From: an uncultured Coriobacteriia bacterium
GTDB taxonomy: Bacteria; Actinomycetota; Coriobacteriia; Coriobacteriales; QAMH01
Direction of reading: 5' to 3'
DNA: 48,155 nucleotides
NCBI GenBank assembly: GCA_902478425.1
Contig: CABSKV010000002.1
Coordinates: forward strand, 1-48,155
This document shows positions 45,992 through 48,155 of this stretch, in pieces. The notes beneath the pieces are model-generated. The model saw only the letters and a program-made list of their open reading frames with translations, was not told where the DNA came from and made no database searches. Each line of letters begins with the position of its first letter. Within the stretch, counting starts at the first letter, position 1. A program made the translations under genes and the position numbers.

Positions 45992-46449
45992 GACGCGTTC
46001 TCCTCGAGCTCGTCCATCGCGCGGTTTGCCAGCTCGTCGGCCTTGATGTTGCCGACGTTGTCCGCATGGCCCTTGACCTTGTGAAAGCGTATGTCGGCAA
46101 AGCGCCGCCGCTCCTCGTCGAGCGCTAGCCAGAGTTCCTTGTTGGCAACGGGTTGCTTTTTCGAGTTGACCCAGCCCTTGCGCTTCCAATCCGCAATCCA
46201 CGACGTGATGCCGTTGAGCACATAGGCGCTGTCGAGGTAGACGTCGGTCGGCACCGCCTTGTTCTTGATGGCGCGCAGTCCCTCGATGGCGGCCGTCAGC
46301 TCCATCTTGTTATTGGTGGTGTCACGCTCGCCTCCCCAGAGCTCCTTTTCATGCTCGCCCCAGATGAGGTAGACGCCCCAGCCACCCACGTTCGCATCGC
46401 TTTGGTTGCCGCGGCAGCCGCCGTCGCAGTATATCTGCAAGCTCGTCAT
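45988..46449 (-). CDS. rnhA: Ribonuclease HI
   Basis: 153 aa with the motifs IYCDGGCRGN, NNKMELTAAIEGL, DSAYVLNG, KVKGHADNVGNIKADELA. Confidence 0.9.
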   Translation of the reverse strand: MTSLQIYCDGGCRGNQSDANVGGWGVYLIWGEHEKELWGGERDTTNNKMELTAAIEGLRAIKNKAVPTDVYLDSAYVLNGITSWIADWKRKGWVNSKKQPVANKELWLALDEERRRFADIRFHKVKGHADNVGNIKADELANRAMDELEENAS

Positions 46450-46455
46450 GCGCGT

Positions 46456-48000
46456 CTACTGCCGGTAGTAGGTCAGGAAGTCCTCGATTGCGTCCATCGC
46501 CTCGCCGAGCGTGCGGCGTCGTGGCAAGTAGACGATGCGGAAGTGGTCGGTATCGGCGCAGTTGAAGCCACTTCCCTGGACGATGAGCACCTTCTTGTCC
46601 TTGAGCAGATCGAGCGCGAACTGTTCGTCGTTCGTGATGTTGAAGCGCTTCTTGTCGAGCTTGGGGAAGATGTAGAACGCGGCTTTGGGCTTGACGACGC
46701 TCACACCGGGCATCTCGCAGAGGCGTTCGTAGACGAAGTTGCGCTGCTCGTACACGCGACCGCCGGGCACCACGTAATTGCGTACGCTCTGGTGTCCCCA
46801 CAGCGCCGTCTGCACGATGGACTGCGCCGGTACGTTGGAGCACAGGCGCATGTTCGTGAGCATGTTGAGGCCTTCGATGTAGTCGCGTGCCATGCGCTTG
46901 TTGCCAGATAACGCCATCCAGCCGATGCGATAGCCGGCAATCATATGCGATTTCGACAGTCCCGAGAAGGTGACGCAGAAAAGGTCGGGCGCAAGCGAGG
47001 CGATGGAGACGTGCTCGCCTTCGCCCTCCATGACAAGACGATCGTAGATCTCGTCCGAGAAGATGATGAGCTGGTGCTCGCGCGCGATGTCGACGATGCC
47101 CTGGAGCACCTCGCGCGGATACAGCGCACCCGTGGGGTTGTTGGGATTGATGATGACGATGGCCTTGGTGCGCGGCGTGATCTTGGCGCGGATGTCATCG
47201 AGATCCGGATACCACTCCGCCTCCTCGTCGCACACGTAATGCACGGGATGACCACCAGCTAGCGTGGCACATGCAGTCCACAGCGGGTAGTCGGGCATGG
47301 GCAGCAGAATCTCGTCACCGTCATCGAGCAGTGCCGACATGCAGATGTTGATGAGCTCGGATACGCCATTGCCCGTGTAGATGTCCTCCATCTGCACGTT
47401 GGGAAGGCCCTTGAGCTGGTAGTACTGCATGATGGCCTTGCGGGCAGACCACAGACCCTTCGAATCCGAGTAACCCTCGCAATCGGTGAGCTGCAGCGCC
47501 ATGTCGTGCACGACCTCGTCGACTGCACGGAAACCGAAGGGCGCCGGATTGCCGATGTTCAATTTGAGGACGTGCGTGCCCGCCTGCTCCATGCGGTTCG
47601 CCTCGTCGAGCACGGGACCGCGCACATCGTAGAGCACGTTATCGAGCTTCGATGATTTCTTGAACCGACGCATGGGCGCGAGCTCCGGATCTTCCTCGGC
47701 CATCACCGCGCTCGTCTGCGTCTGCTTCGGCGCTTTCTGGGCCTTCGGGGTTTTCTGGGCCTTCTGAACCTTCTGGAATTCCGATCCCGGATTGAGCCAT
47801 GAGGGTTCGACTTCGAGCGCCCGGGCGAGGAAGTTCAATGTTGCCTTGCGTGGCGTGGTCTTGCCGCTCACGTACTGGCTGAGCTGGCTCTTGCCGAGCT
47901 TGAAGCCCTGAATCTCGGCCTGCCTCAGCAAATCGACTTGCTTGAGGCCGCTTGCCTTCATCGCTTCCTTGAGTCTGTCGGCGAAAACTGTTGAGTTCAT
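46456..48000 (-). CDS. XRE-family HTH domain fused to an AlaA-type class I/II PLP aminotransferase
   Basis: 514 aa. Residues 1-70 form the HTH (FADRLKEAMKASGLKQVDLLRQAEI...SQLSQYVSGKTTP). A QK-rich linker follows. The rest is RRFKKSSKLDNVLYDVRGPVLDEANRMEQAGTHVLKLNIGNPAPFGF...FSGLSKSHMIAGYRIGW, including the PLP-binding Lys motif. GGAG RBS. Confidence 0.85.
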   Translation of the reverse strand: MNSTVFADRLKEAMKASGLKQVDLLRQAEIQGFKLGKSQLSQYVSGKTTPRKATLNFLARALEVEPSWLNPGSEFQKVQKAQKTPKAQKAPKQTQTSAVMAEEDPELAPMRRFKKSSKLDNVLYDVRGPVLDEANRMEQAGTHVLKLNIGNPAPFGFRAVDEVVHDMALQLTDCEGYSDSKGLWSARKAIMQYYQLKGLPNVQMEDIYTGNGVSELINICMSALLDDGDEILLPMPDYPLWTACATLAGGHPVHYVCDEEAEWYPDLDDIRAKITPRTKAIVIINPNNPTGALYPREVLQGIVDIAREHQLIIFSDEIYDRLVMEGEGEHVSIASLAPDLFCVTFSGLSKSHMIAGYRIGWMALSGNKRMARDYIEGLNMLTNMRLCSNVPAQSIVQTALWGHQSVRNYVVPGGRVYEQRNFVYERLCEMPGVSVVKPKAAFYIFPKLDKKRFNITNDEQFALDLLKDKKVLIVQGSGFNCADTDHFRIVYLPRRRTLGEAMDAIEDFLTYYRQ

Positions 48001-48012
48001 TTTCTGCTCCGT

Positions 48013-48084
48013 AAGTTCAATTTACTGGTCATGAGGTTCATTTTTAGCAGAATAGCATAATAAACCAGCCAAGAGGTTCAATTT
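48013..48084 (-). promoter_or_regulatory. Promoter/operator region with three direct repeats upstream of the HTH-aminotransferase gene
   Basis: RGTTCAWTTT repeats on the plus strand: aAGTTCAATTT at 48013..48023, gAGGTTCATTT at 48033..48043, and gAGGTTCAATTT at 48073..48084. Centre spacing is about 21 and 40 nt. On the minus strand, -35 TTGAAC (48081..48076) lies inside repeat 3, followed by a 16-nt spacer and -10 TATGCT (48059..48054). Confidence 0.45.
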
Positions 48085-48155
48085 CATAAAATGCGACAGG
48101 GGCCAGGTACGTTTAATGGGACGCACTATCAAGCAACCTGGCATCTGTCTCTTAT

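Noticed and set aside
47715-47775. A short imperfect tandem repeat, cagaaggc/ccagaaag, inside the HTH-aminotransferase gene.
   Set aside because: It simply encodes the QK-rich interdomain linker (QKVQKAQKTPKAQKAPKQ). I note it under the fusion finding and not as an independent repeat feature.

Overview
48.2-kb high-GC chromosomal segment. Gene content and protein signatures suggest an anaerobic actinobacterium of the Coriobacteriia/Eggerthellaceae type; that taxon call is inference only. Almost all real genes are on the minus strand. The many long plus-strand ORFs in the track are antisense shadow ORFs.

Layout:
- 1-2.7 kb: an APC permease (open to the window edge) and an MFS transporter, followed by tRNA-Pro.
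- 3.0-18.1 kb: a co-directional accessory redox block with three parts.
  - A signal-less DmsA/DmsB/NrfD-like molybdopterin complex. Its catalytic subunit ends in a 2 x 78-aa tandem repeat.
  - A stand-alone HdrD/GlpC-like CCG iron-sulfur protein.
  - A tightly packed nine-gene string: soluble molybdopterin oxidoreductase, DUF2064-like transferase, Zn-ribbon radical-SAM protein, ferredoxin-DUF169 fusion, flavin reductase, GNAT-PhnP-like MBL fusion, small membrane protein, SixA-CHAD fusion. This string is my best candidate for an undescribed system.
- 18.4-34.2 kb: housekeeping genes, namely mrp, four tRNAs (Val, Gly, Cys, CAT), then an uninterrupted rimP-nusA-ylxR-infB-rbfA-nrnA-truB-ribF-dnaG-rpoD string, and leuS.
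- 34.3-48.2 kb: mntP, a TIM-barrel-like protein, a small gene interrupted by an in-frame TAG, an M18 aminopeptidase, purL, a lipoprotein, a lysozyme-like protein, an AT-rich islet with an orphan RelB/DinJ antitoxin, a TorD-like chaperone, an acyl-ACP thioesterase, rnhA, and an XRE-HTH::aminotransferase fusion with phased repeats upstream.

One non-genic signal stands out. A ~120-135-nt intergenic element occurs twice in opposite orientation (31515-31649 and 38291-38407). Its two core blocks are near-identical, while both stems differ in sequence but stay complementary.

No CRISPR array, rRNA, transposase or integrase was seen. All functional calls rest on motif recognition by eye; no database search was run.
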